The notes: a model not told the origin generated them from the letters alone. A DNA stretch of 11,192 nucleotides from a candidate division FCPU426 bacterium (GCA_963830915.1 CAWHOE010000025.1:1-11192), one strand, 5' to 3'; positions 1-8,719 are shown, counted from the stretch's first letter. Made by a program: numbers and translations.

Positions 1-467
1 ACCCGCCGTACCGTCGTTGAAGGTGATGCTGTCGTTTGACGAGAAGGGGTCAAATCCGCTGCCGTCAATGGTAACGGTGGCTGCCCCGCCAGGGAGATCA
101 GCCGTGCTGGGGGTGACGGCCGGGGCGGTCAGGCTGACCGTCCCGTCGAGCCGGCGCCGCTGACGGCAATGCCGTAGCTGTCGCCAACATTCAGTGTGTA
201 CGGATCACCGCTCAGGGCAGACCCAAACTGGAATTCCACAAGGCTGTCATGGTAGTTGTCGATGATCAAGCCGACCGCATTTCCCGGATATCCCGCTTCA
301 AACGTCTGCGTGTTGAATTCCAGGGTGCCCGGTGTGAAGTCGTCGCCGGTGCCGTCAGGGGCACCGGCGGAGTCATCGACCTCTGGAACGGAGCCAAAGC
401 CGGAGCCCTGCACGATCACGGTGACGCCGTTCACATCGTTCGGCGAACCCTCGAAGGTCACGGAACT
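1..467 (-). CDS. Fragment of an acidic surface protein with tandem IPT/TIG-like Ig domains; frameshifted near 151 and running off the left edge
   Basis: 467->152 translates SSVTFEGSPNDVNGVTVIVQGSGFG...YGIAVSGA(G). After a -1 shift at ~151, positions 150->1 read openly as LDGTVSLTAPAVTPSTADLPGGAATVTIDGSGFDPFSSNDSITFNDGTAG. Both parts carry the IPT/TIG-like signature (V/T)x(I/V)xGSGF, and neither contains Lys or Arg. Confidence 0.55.
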
Positions 468-1011
468 GTCCTCTCCCACTGAATAAGCCAATTGCAGAAA
501 AGAGCCTGGCTGGTCGAAGATCAATAGCTGCAACAGGACGGTCTTGTTCTTCCTAGCGATCACCTGGAAGCAGTGGAAATGTTTGAACCTGAAAAGGTCG
601 CTCCCCACGATCTGGCCCAGGCCCGCCCTGCGGACCCCTCCCAGATAATCCCCCCGGAAACGGCTCAAACCCGTCAGTGTCAATTCCTTCGGCCCCCCCT
701 GGATGATCCCGAGGGTCATGTAATCCCCGTTATCGGAGATACTTGAATCGAACGGCGTAAAGAAGGTTCTTTTCCACCTTGCTCAAGGGCGCCTTGTTCC
801 AAAAGGCGGGAGGGCGAAAAGCGTAAAAAGCCTCTTTTTGGATGTACTGCCTCCCCAGGATGGCCTCCCCCGGTTCCTCGGCGCGGAAACCCATGGTATC
901 GATGCCCCGGCTCACCCCGGCGCTTTGACCCATAACCAGGCCAGGCAAACCGCACAAAAAAAACAAAATAAAGAACGCGAAAGAAAAATTTTTTTTATCA
1001 ACTATTCTCAT
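468..1011 (-). pseudogene. Secreted hypothetical protein, possibly PsbP/DcrB-like fold; split by a frameshift near 735 and apparently lacking its native C-terminus
   Basis: ORF 1011->730 begins with a signal-peptide-like MRIVDKKNFSFAFFILFFLCGLPGLVMG and contains FYAFRPPAFW, similar to the FxFxxPxxW start of PsbP/DcrB-like domains. It stops at 732-730, but the +1 frame continues as DNGDYMTLGIIQGG...LQLAYSVGED. The fold assignment is inference. Confidence 0.45.
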
Positions 1012-1017
1012 GGCCAA

Positions 1018-1026
1018 ACTATATCA
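1018..1026 (-). promoter_or_regulatory. Putative extended -10 (TGaTATAGT), leaderless-type promoter for the ATG at 1011
   Basis: Minus strand reads tttg-a-TATAGT-ttggcc-ATG, so the -10 lies 6 nt before the start codon. No SD is present. Confidence 0.4.
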
Positions 1027-1103
1027 AAGGGGACAATCATCGGCCTTAAAAATTCATTTCTCTGCTTTTTCCGCGACAAGGTTTCTGATTTTCCTTTTTT
1101 TAG

Positions 1104-1131
1104 TAGCCATTCGGGGCGAATCGAATATACT
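1104..1131 (+). promoter_or_regulatory. Putative sigma70 promoter TAGCCA-N16-TATACT, leaderless-type, for the ATG at 1139
   Basis: TAGCCA at 1104-1109, TATACT at 1126-1131, then 7 nt (tctcccc) to the ATG. No SD is present. Confidence 0.45.
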
Positions 1132-1138
1132 TCTCCCC

Positions 1139-2155
1139 ATGGAAATCAACGACAAAGACAAAAACAAGTTCGTAGAGCTGACCCTCAAGCCTGAATGGGG
1201 CCGGGGATTGATCCGTACCATACAATATGGAAAGGCCAATGTTCTCTTCGAGAACGACCCGGATCAAAGACCCAGGGACTATCCCCTCAATTCCGAGCAT
1301 TTGAAATTCGCTGAGAACCAAGACCCAGCTGGGTTCAAGGGCCGGGCCAGGTCCACCAAGCCTTATGTTCCCAAAGCCCCCAAGGTCTATCCCCGTTATG
1401 AGCTCTCTTATCTATTCAACGACTTTTTCAAACGCAGGTTCCCGGAGGGCTTTGCCGACAAGACCTATCTGGAAGACCTGAAAAAGGGCGAGCGGATCCA
1501 CAAAGAGCAGACCATCGCTTATCTCAAGGAAAACCTACTGAAGGATAACCTTCTCAAGAGCGCGGTAGAACGCAAGGACGCGGCCTTCATCAAGGGCCAT
1601 TTGGACAAGACGCTCGACATGCACAACCTGCTATTCGTCCAGGAAAAGGTCAGCCTTCGCAACGGCCTATTGGACGATAACTTCGTGGTCCAGTTTTCCG
1701 ACGCCCTGGTCAAGGTCCTGGAGGACCAGGAAGTCCGTCAGGAAACAATGGAAGCCTATTTCAATGTGTTAATCAATGCCCAGATCGAAGGAATGGCCAA
1801 ATGGCCCATCGCCACACTCTTCCCTTACCTGCTCCAGTCCGAGAGACATATGTTCTTGAAACCAGAGGCCACCAAGAACCTGGCCCATTGGTTGGGTTTC
1901 GAGTTGAGTTACGAGACCACCCTGAACTGGAAAACCTATCAGGCCCTGTTGGAAATGACCAAGAAGGTCATGGAGGACCTCAAGGCTTTCGGGGCCAAGG
2001 ACACCATCGATCTGCAATCCTTCATCTGGGTAGTGAATATCCTGATGGCGCCGCCTAAGGTCAAAAAGCCTAAAAAGGCCCTGACCGAAGAACCGGTTGC
2101 CGCTGAGGCTCAGGGTCCAGTTGAAGCGACTACTCCGGTCGAACCAGCCGTCTAA
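1139..2155 (+). CDS. Hypothetical protein, DUF3553-like N-terminal domain plus conserved helical C-terminal domain (338 aa)
   Basis: N-terminal KPEWGRG..VLFEN resembles the DUF3553 PEWGxG motif. C-terminal conserved-looking blocks are FPEGF, KWPIATLFPYL, RHMFLKP, GFELSY, NWKTY and IDLQSFIWV. Start moved from 1010 to the ATG at 1139 because the upstream extension is AT-rich intergenic sequence overlapping the divergent gene. Confidence 0.7.
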   Translation: MEINDKDKNKFVELTLKPEWGRGLIRTIQYGKANVLFENDPDQRPRDYPLNSEHLKFAENQDPAGFKGRARSTKPYVPKAPKVYPRYELSYLFNDFFKRRFPEGFADKTYLEDLKKGERIHKEQTIAYLKENLLKDNLLKSAVERKDAAFIKGHLDKTLDMHNLLFVQEKVSLRNGLLDDNFVVQFSDALVKVLEDQEVRQETMEAYFNVLINAQIEGMAKWPIATLFPYLLQSERHMFLKPEATKNLAHWLGFELSYETTLNWKTYQALLEMTKKVMEDLKAFGAKDTIDLQSFIWVVNILMAPPKVKKPKKALTEEPVAAEAQGPVEATTPVEPAV

Positions 2156-2162
2156 ACCCGCC

Positions 2163-2534
2163 TCAGACGATCTTGGCCGGTATCCAAATATCCTCATTGA
2201 AAGAATAGACCGCGCACAATCGGTGGTAACCGTCCGCGATCACCAGTTTGCCATTGGGAGTATCCCTTACCAGAAGAAGCGGGGAGAGAGCCGCTCCCTT
2301 CTTGATCTTTTTCCGGTCGGTCTTCACGTGGGAGTTGCTCACACCCAGCAGGGATAATTGGGAGGCCCGGAAAATGTCCTTGGCCTTGAACTTCACCACC
2401 TTCGCCTTCCTCAGTTTTTTCACCCATTCAGCCGCGTCCGCCTCGGGCCACAAGAGCGTCAGGTAGGACTCGGCCGCGGGATAATCCTTGTCCTCCGGCT
2501 CATTCAACCACTGGATGTCTTTTTCTTCTCCCAT
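2163..2534 (-). CDS. Small ParB/sulfiredoxin-like domain protein (123 aa)
   Basis: The motif SPLLLVRD...LVIADGYHRLCAV matches the ParB/Srx P(I/L)xV...IxDGxHR core. SD-like aaaggga precedes the ATG at 2534, which starts 11 nt after the stop of the large protease gene. Confidence 0.75.
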   Translation of the reverse strand: MGEEKDIQWLNEPEDKDYPAAESYLTLLWPEADAAEWVKKLRKAKVVKFKAKDIFRASQLSLLGVSNSHVKTDRKKIKKGAALSPLLLVRDTPNGKLVIADGYHRLCAVYSFNEDIWIPAKIV

Positions 2535-2545
2535 GTCGTTCCCTT

Positions 2546-5500
2546 TCAGCGGAGGATGAGTACCTTCAATACCTTCGTGACCGTCGTCCTTCCGCTCATG
2601 ACCTTCACCCTCAAGTAATATAGCCCATCCGCAACCGGCTTGTTCCAATGGTCTCTCAAATTCCATGTCATGGTGGTCGTGTTCGAAACGTATTGGGTGT
2701 TCCAGGCCACCTTTCGGAAAGCTACAGTGAACACATCCATTTCAATGGTGGTCTTGCCTGTAGCCTGGACATCGATGGAAACGCTGTCGTTGATGATGAC
2801 CGGATTGGGATAGGGCAAACCCACGGGCGGCGGCGGGGTGGGGGAGGTGGTCGGGGACTCGGTGGGTGAGCTGGTGGGTGTTAAGGTGGCGGTCTGGGTA
2901 AAAGTACTGGTGGGTGCCATGGTATTTGTCCAGGTCGGGGTGGCGGTGGAGGTATTGGTCATTGTGATGGTGAAGGTGGGAGTGGTTGAATCGGTGAGGG
3001 TCGCTGAGGGAGTCGAGGAGGCGGTGGGCGTGATCGTCATGGAATTGGTCGGGGAATTGGTGGCCGTATCGGTCGGGGTGTTGGTGGGTGTGGAAGTGAT
3101 GACCACGGTCAGCACTGTCACCGGACCGTCCAGTATCTGGGTGGCCGAGGAAGTGGGCGTGAAGGTTTGGGTGTTGGTGGCGCTATTGGTGGGAGTCGGG
3201 GTGGGCGAAGGCGTATCCGAAAGGGTGATGGTCGCCGTCGCGGTGGCGGTCGGGCTATTGGTCGGGGTGGGGGAGGAGGTCGGGGTGGAGGTATTGGCGC
3301 CCGGCGGGGTGTTGGTGGGGGTAAAGGTGGGCGTGCCGGTCGGGGTATAGGCCTGGCAAGAGAACGACAGCGCGTCGTTGTTAAAGTAAGCGGTCGAGGT
3401 GGAATAATTCAACCCGCCCGCGGCGTAGAGAACCCCGTTGATCACCTGCACCCCCATCAGGTCCCGGGGTGTCGTCAGGGGAGGACCCGCGCTATAGGTG
3501 TTCGTCAAAGGATTGTAGATCTGGACCAGATTCACCGGCACGTCGGTGATCAAACTACCCCCGATGACGTAGAGGTTGTTGTTCAGCACCCCCACTTCCC
3601 CGCCGAAAATGGAAACGGACATGGGCGCCTCGGTGGTCCAGGTATCAGAGGCGGGATTATAGGCTTCCACCGTGCTCAACTCGACCGAGCCGTTATAGCC
3701 CCCGAAAGTATAGATGATACCGTTCACCACCCCCGCGCCCATGGACGAGCAGGCAGTGGGTTTGGGGGTCTTGAGGCTCCAACTGTTGGCGATGGGGTCA
3801 TAGGCTTGCACCACATTGGTCACGCCGCCCAGGATCGCCCCCCCGATCACGTAAAGGATGTTGTTCACCACCCCTATACCAACGTTGTAAGTGGAAACAG
3901 GCATGGGCGCCACTGGCTGCCATATATTCAAACCCGTGTTCAACATCCATACGGCGTTGGTCAAATTGGTGACCGCGATATCAAAACCGCCCACCACATA
4001 AAGATTGCCGTCCGCCACTCCCGCCCCCGGCCCATAGAGCGGGTCCGTCAAGGAGGGCCCAGCCGACCAAAGGTTGGTCGCGGGGTTATAGACCTCCACC
4101 AAGGTCGAACCCACTACCCCGCCCACATCCCCACCAATGGCGTAAAATTTGCCGTTGAAGGCCGCGTTCCCGAAGGAATAGGACGCCTGGGACAGGGGGG
4201 TCATCGAGGACCAGGAAAGGAGCGGGCCGGTCCCGGGCGGGCAAGTTGAGGTGGCGGTCGGCAGGGCGCTGGAAGTGAACGTGGGAGTGAAAGTGATGGT
4301 GGGGGTATTGGTAATGGTCGGTGTGTTAGTGGCGGTCGGGGTGTTGGTCTTGGTGAAAGTGGGGGTCAAGGTAGGGGTATTGGTGGCGGTGAAAGTATTG
4401 GTAGCCGTGGGGGGAGAGCAGGATACGCTGGTATTGACGTTATCGAAGTTGGCCGAAGCCAGCTGGCTGTTGATGTAGCTGGTCACCACCAAACCCATCG
4501 GGGCGTTGGTCGACATGGTGATGGTCACAGCCCCCACCGTTTGCCATGCCGTCCCGTCAGGGGACTCGGAGCAGGTGAACACGTTGCCCGACCGGGCGAT
4601 CTGGAAATAAGAGGGGTTCCCCAGGTTGGTTTCACCTAGCCCCGAGGAAAACCCTCCCTGGGTGGACCTATAAATGATAGCCGGCAGTCCCCCGTTGTTC
4701 GCCCAACCCAGGAAAACGTAAGGTGAGTCATTGGCCATGTCGCTTCGGAACATCAATCCCGCCTGGGCGTTGGTCCCTCCGTTGGTCGGCGCGAAGACCC
4801 TGGCCGATAGGGTGGAAAATCCGCAAGAAGGCTGGCTGACGAAATGGAACGAGTCCTGCTCCAAACCGGTCAGGTCGAAGCCTATCCCATCCCCTGCCCC
4901 GTTCACCGTATAGACACCCGCCGCGTAGGTCTCGCTTCCCAAGGTACCCATGTACTTGATCTCCATCGGGCTGACCGAGTTCTGCAACAGCCAGCCGATA
5001 TCCTGCCCGACCCAGGGGGCCGGCAGGGTGTTGTTCACGTAGATGCTGACCGGGCAGGAAAAGGCAGTGGCTCCCAGGGTATTCATGGCATGGGCCGTCA
5101 GGTAATGGCTACCCGAAGGAACCAGTGGAATGTTCAAGTTATAGGGCGAAGAAGCGACGGTCCCCACGTATTGGCTATCCAGGTAAAAATCCACCTGGGC
5201 GATCCCCGCCGTATCAGAAGCGGCAGCCGTCACCGCTACCGTCACAGGTCCTGTAAAGACCGCGCCCGCGACTGGGCTGTTGATACTGATGGTCGGCACG
5301 TCCAGACCCGGTACACTCGGCACGCTGGCGGCCATGCCGGGGGCGGTATTGTTGATGGTGCGGACGTTATCGGTGGAGTTCACCACACCGGTGGCTGTTC
5401 CCAAGTAAGTGGCCAGGGGGCTGGAAAAGTAAGGGGTATAGACACCGGGAGCGTAGGCCATGATGGTGCGGTACTGGACGCCCTGCGCGGTGAAACGGCT

Positions 5501-6574
5501 CCCGGAGGAATAGGAGTAAACGCCCGGCCCGCCGTTGGCCGTGTCATGCCCGCATCCCAGGTTGTGTCCCATCTCATGCACCATGGCCTCGGCGAAGGTC
5601 GCGTACTCCATGCTGTAATGGCCCGGCAGGTCGCCCAACCCCATGACCGGATCGCCCCCTGCCGCCAGCATGTTCACGATGACCGCGCCCGTATTGTTCT
5701 GGATGGTCTGGACCAGGGGGATTGCCCCGCTTCCCATGTTGGCCAAGTCGGTGTACATGCTCCCCTTCTCGGTGTAAGCAACCTCCCCCGTATAGACCAA
5801 CTGCATCTGGGCGTTGATGCCGCTGTTGTAATAGATCATGTTGTTATAGAAAACCACCGTGTCGATGAGGGATTCCATGGCGGACACGCTCCCGATGGTG
5901 GCCAGGGCGCTGGGTGTATAGATGACCCCGATGGGCAGGACCGTGGGGTTGGTCGCGAAGGTACAGCCTGCCGGATAGTTGTTGGGGATCAGGTTGGGCA
6001 TACCTTCCTGGGGGATGTCGGCGGCCATCTTGGGATCGGCCAGATCCGGGTGGGTGCCGTCGTCCCCGCAAACGGCCCGGTCCATGTCCACCTCGATGAC
6101 CCGGTGAGTGCCGTTGCCAGAGGGTAGGACCTTATACAGGCCCTTGCCTGGTATATAGAAGAGACCCGTCACTATCCCCTTCCCATTGGTCAATACCGCC
6201 ATACTTCCTGGCATTTTATCCACATGGCCCGAATAGACAGTCCTGCCATGGGGTCGGGTCTCAGGCCGGTCCACGACCATGGACAAGTCCACGTCGTCGA
6301 AAAGGTTCAGGCGCAAATGAGGTTTGGAAGTTGGATTGAAACGTCCTGGATGGGCTGATTCCAACAGCTCGGGATGGAAAGTGACATATCGTTGGCGTTT
6401 GACGAAGGATTCTTTGGGGCCGTGGGCCGGGGCGACAGCGTTATCGAAGAACGCGGTTCCAGACGCGCTATAGGCTGGCGACCAACCGATTAACATCACG
6501 AAGGGGAGAGATAATAAAAGCGATTTCAATACTCGTTTTACCAAAGTGGTTTGTTTTATATATAGAGAGGCCAA
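2546..6574 (-). CDS. Secreted multidomain zinc metalloprotease: reprolysin/M12B-like peptidase, bacterial Ig-like domain, lectin/ConA-like domain, 6 Kelch repeats, Thr/Pro linkers, C-terminal FlgD-Ig/T9SS-like domain (1342 aa)
   Basis: TTG start with AAGGAG 10 nt upstream and a signal peptide ending AYS-A. Prodomain ends at AVCG. Metzincin motif [11 protein letters not shown] at 5546-5578 and Met-turn YRTIMAY. Ig-like PTISINSP...VDFYLD...YLTAHA (~5035-5300). WVGQDIG...AQAGLMFR...SPDGTAW domain (~4420-5030). Kelch GG/Y/W repeats (~3360-4220). PYPNP...DGLYYLRV C-terminal domain (~2549-2820). Confidence 0.9.
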   Translation of the reverse strand: MASLYIKQTTLVKRVLKSLLLSLPFVMLIGWSPAYSASGTAFFDNAVAPAHGPKESFVKRQRYVTFHPELLESAHPGRFNPTSKPHLRLNLFDDVDLSMVVDRPETRPHGRTVYSGHVDKMPGSMAVLTNGKGIVTGLFYIPGKGLYKVLPSGNGTHRVIEVDMDRAVCGDDGTHPDLADPKMAADIPQEGMPNLIPNNYPAGCTFATNPTVLPIGVIYTPSALATIGSVSAMESLIDTVVFYNNMIYYNSGINAQMQLVYTGEVAYTEKGSMYTDLANMGSGAIPLVQTIQNNTGAVIVNMLAAGGDPVMGLGDLPGHYSMEYATFAEAMVHEMGHNLGCGHDTANGGPGVYSYSSGSRFTAQGVQYRTIMAYAPGVYTPYFSSPLATYLGTATGVVNSTDNVRTINNTAPGMAASVPSVPGLDVPTISINSPVAGAVFTGPVTVAVTAAASDTAGIAQVDFYLDSQYVGTVASSPYNLNIPLVPSGSHYLTAHAMNTLGATAFSCPVSIYVNNTLPAPWVGQDIGWLLQNSVSPMEIKYMGTLGSETYAAGVYTVNGAGDGIGFDLTGLEQDSFHFVSQPSCGFSTLSARVFAPTNGGTNAQAGLMFRSDMANDSPYVFLGWANNGGLPAIIYRSTQGGFSSGLGETNLGNPSYFQIARSGNVFTCSESPDGTAWQTVGAVTITMSTNAPMGLVVTSYINSQLASANFDNVNTSVSCSPPTATNTFTATNTPTLTPTFTKTNTPTATNTPTITNTPTITFTPTFTSSALPTATSTCPPGTGPLLSWSSMTPLSQASYSFGNAAFNGKFYAIGGDVGGVVGSTLVEVYNPATNLWSAGPSLTDPLYGPGAGVADGNLYVVGGFDIAVTNLTNAVWMLNTGLNIWQPVAPMPVSTYNVGIGVVNNILYVIGGAILGGVTNVVQAYDPIANSWSLKTPKPTACSSMGAGVVNGIIYTFGGYNGSVELSTVEAYNPASDTWTTEAPMSVSIFGGEVGVLNNNLYVIGGSLITDVPVNLVQIYNPLTNTYSAGPPLTTPRDLMGVQVINGVLYAAGGLNYSTSTAYFNNDALSFSCQAYTPTGTPTFTPTNTPPGANTSTPTSSPTPTNSPTATATATITLSDTPSPTPTPTNSATNTQTFTPTSSATQILDGPVTVLTVVITSTPTNTPTDTATNSPTNSMTITPTASSTPSATLTDSTTPTFTITMTNTSTATPTWTNTMAPTSTFTQTATLTPTSSPTESPTTSPTPPPPVGLPYPNPVIINDSVSIDVQATGKTTIEMDVFTVAFRKVAWNTQYVSNTTTMTWNLRDHWNKPVADGLYYLRVKVMSGRTTVTKVLKVLILR
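2821..3350 (-). repeat. Thr/Pro-rich low-complexity linker (TxTPT repeats); a second such linker lies at ~4240-4415
   Basis: Translation [15 protein letters not shown]...TPTWTNT..., with Thr at alternating positions. Confidence 0.85.
3360..4220 (-). repeat. Six Kelch repeats (beta-propeller) inside the protease gene
   Basis: Six units: FYAIGG, LYVVGG, LYVIGG, IYTFGG, LYVIGG and LYAAGG. The first five are followed by a (V/A)xxY(N/D)PxxNxW-like segment. Confidence 0.9.
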
Positions 6575-6821
6575 TGGACAGATACTCCTTCTCTCACACC
6601 GATTAAGAAAACCACCTGGATATCTGATAAACCTAACGAATCATTTCACTAATGCTTGAGGTATAAACATCACAAACCCGTTGATTTTCCTATAAACCAG
6701 GTTCAAGCCCGGGTATCCCTGTGATGGAAGTGTTCATATGGGGGTAATTTTATCGCGGAATCTGGATAACTGCAAAGTTACCCAGAACTAGACTGCGGAC
6801 TGGTTCCTCTCAATGTCGGCC

Positions 6822-7583
6822 CTAAAAAGTTCGGGCCACCATGATCTCAGTGATACCGACAGGTGACACGTTGAAACATTCGCCAATCTCAAATAGCCAC
6901 TCGTCAGGTTGGAAGCCGATCTGGGGGATGAAGGTCCACGATGCGCCTCCGGAAGCGCCCGATGTGTCGGATAAGTCCGCTTCCGTCTGGAGGTACCAAT
7001 CGGGGAACAGGTGATAACCCAGCGCCGTATTGGCCGACCATGCGTTGGAGACCTGAGGATCGATCCCTCCCAGGAAGCCGTAATTCCCCTGCAGGAACCA
7101 TTTCCCCACCCGGTAACCTCCAAGGATCTCCAGGGTCCAACTGCTCCCGATCCAGGGGAAGTCCTTATTGGCGATGCCGTAAGCCGCGCCTCCCGAAAGG
7201 GCGAAAGCGCCGGCCGTCTCACTGCTCCATCCCCCGAAGTGATAGAACTCATAGCGTAGGTTCGCGCCGATCGGCCCCAACACGACTGGATGATCACCCA
7301 GGGGCTCCCAGGTATCCAGGAGGGGAAAATCGGCTTCCAAACCCAGGTCTTTCCCCAGGACGAACAACCCCTCCCCATAAAGGTAAATCCAATGATAGGG
7401 TTTAGTGTCGTTCTGGAAGGAAGCCTGAAGGTAATAGGAGTTTTCCACATGGGCGGAATCGGTTTGAAGGGCCCGGATCAAACCGGGGTCGTCTTGGGCG
7501 AAAGCTCGTCCGGATAGGATCAGACCCCATAGGCCGAGTCCTAACAAGAAGAATGTTTTTATCCCTTTATAAGATCTTTCCAA
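6822..7583 (-). CDS. Putative outer-membrane beta-barrel protein (transporter/porin-like, ~253 aa)
   Basis: Likely TTG start at 7583 with aaaggcgg upstream. Signal peptide ends AFA-Q. Alternating amphipathic strands rich in aromatic residues and Gly (NLRYEF, LGGYRVG, FLQGNYGF, ALGYHL, PQIGFQ) and a C-terminal Phe. The start is uncertain. Confidence 0.7.
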   Translation of the reverse strand: MERSYKGIKTFFLLGLGLWGLILSGRAFAQDDPGLIRALQTDSAHVENSYYLQASFQNDTKPYHWIYLYGEGLFVLGKDLGLEADFPLLDTWEPLGDHPVVLGPIGANLRYEFYHFGGWSSETAGAFALSGGAAYGIANKDFPWIGSSWTLEILGGYRVGKWFLQGNYGFLGGIDPQVSNAWSANTALGYHLFPDWYLQTEADLSDTSGASGGASWTFIPQIGFQPDEWLFEIGECFNVSPVGITEIMVARTF

Positions 7584-7609
7584 GTTTTCGACCGCCTTTC
7601 GATGATGCG

Positions 7610-7622
7610 GATAAACTTTATC
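7610..7622. promoter_or_regulatory. Perfect interrupted palindrome GATAAA-C-TTTATC, possible operator
   Basis: Seen directly in the 140-bp divergent intergenic region between the beta-barrel and binding-protein genes. Confidence 0.3.
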
Positions 7623-7723
7623 GCCAAACGTTGGGTTTCGCAATGGATGTCGCCACCTTCCCTTCCATCCAACAGCCAAACCATGATATCTTTTTGAAAC
7701 CAATTCACTTTATTGAGGCATCT

Positions 7724-8719
7724 ATGCGGTTGAAGCCGTTCCTCTTTTTTCTGGCTGTCCCATTTTTGCTTGGCTGGGGCCATTGGGGCCCCAAGGTCAA
7801 GATCGGCCTGTCCCTGGACCATACCCGGGCGCCCTTTTTCCAAAAATTGAAGGACGCCGTGGAAGATAACCGGGCGGATCTTCTCGTGATGGACGCGAAT
7901 GACGATCCTATGGCCCAGGAGGCCCAGGTAAAGACCCTGGTCCAGCAAGGCATCCAGGTTTTGGTCCTGTTCCCTTGTGATCCCTTGAAAGCCGCTCCGT
8001 TAGTGGCTACGGCCCATCAAGCCGGTATACAGGTCATCTCCCTGGAACGTCTTATCCCCGGCAGTGACCTGGATTACCTCATCACTTTCAACCAGGAAAA
8101 AGCAGGAGAACTGCAGGCCAAGGCATTGGTCAAGAAGGCACCCCAAGGGCACTATGTCCTATTAGGAGGAGATCACGAAAATTCGGACTCTAAGAAAATA
8201 CAGGATGGACAAATGAAAGTCCTCCTGCCCGTCATTAACCAGGGGGATATCAAGCTCGTCGCATCCCGACAAGGTTCCACTTCCAAGGCATCGAAAGAGT
8301 TGGAATCCATTTTGAACCATGAAGGCAATAAGGTGGATGCGGTGTTGGCCTCTGATAGCGAAATTACTGAAGGGGCAATCTTGGCCCTGGAAAAAGCGAA
8401 GCTATCCGGAAAAGTGTTGGTCGCCGGCACGGGTGATGACGTGCTGACCTGCCGAAGGATCCTGTTGGGCACCCAAACCATGACGGTCTACCACCCTCCC
8501 CAAAAACTTGCTGAGGAGACCGCTTATTTAGCGGCCAAGTTGGCCCGCAAGGCGACTGAATTTGACTGTCAGTTTGTCGAGGTAACCAATGGAGCCAAAA
8601 CCGTCAAAGCCGTGTTATTAACTCCCATCGCCGTGGACGCGATAAACTTAGATTCGACCATAATTAAGGACAAGGTCCAAAAAGCGGAAGAGATTTATAA
8701 AGGTCTCGGGAAAGTTTAG
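7724..8719 (+). CDS. XylF-like periplasmic substrate-binding protein (type I PBP, sugar-binding family), divergent binding pocket, orphan (331 aa)
   Basis: GAGG SD at 7715-7718, ATG at 7724, signal peptide. Clear similarity to D-xylose-binding XylF: VKIG, EKAGELQAKALV, PQGHYVLLGG, GQMKVL, NKVDAVLAS, GTQTMTVY, NGAKTV..LLTPIAV, IIKD. No permease or ATPase gene is adjacent. Confidence 0.88.
   Translation: MRLKPFLFFLAVPFLLGWGHWGPKVKIGLSLDHTRAPFFQKLKDAVEDNRADLLVMDANDDPMAQEAQVKTLVQQGIQVLVLFPCDPLKAAPLVATAHQAGIQVISLERLIPGSDLDYLITFNQEKAGELQAKALVKKAPQGHYVLLGGDHENSDSKKIQDGQMKVLLPVINQGDIKLVASRQGSTSKASKELESILNHEGNKVDAVLASDSEITEGAILALEKAKLSGKVLVAGTGDDVLTCRRILLGTQTMTVYHPPQKLAEETAYLAAKLARKATEFDCQFVEVTNGAKTVKAVLLTPIAVDAINLDSTIIKDKVQKAEEIYKGLGKV

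Noticed and set aside
2156..2162. Terminators at the convergent junctions (2156-2162 and 8720-8740)
   Set aside because: No GC hairpin with a U-tract is visible.
2838..6127. Long plus-strand ORFs (2838-3350, 3167-4249, 4251-4478, 4844-6127)
   Set aside because: Antisense shadows of the protease gene. The Val/Gly-rich translations simply mirror Thr/Pro codons and show no independent motifs.
6627..6698. Three ATAAAC copies upstream of the protease gene
   Set aside because: Short, irregularly spaced (36 and 29 nt) and in AT-rich DNA, so compatible with chance.
6742..6783. GGTAACTTT on the minus strand (resembling the ECF -35) within an imperfect inverted repeat GGGTAATTT...AAGTTACCC upstream of the protease
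   Set aside because: At 16-nt spacing the -10 position reads TCCGCG rather than (A/C)GTATT. The hairpin is weak, has no U-tract and matches no riboswitch I recognise.
7553..7723. Longer N-termini given by the ORF track (7553 for the binding protein, 7703 for the barrel; likewise 1010, 2666 and 10065)
   Set aside because: They overlap neighbouring genes or promoters. The downstream starts have better SD/-10 context and put signal peptides at the N-terminus.
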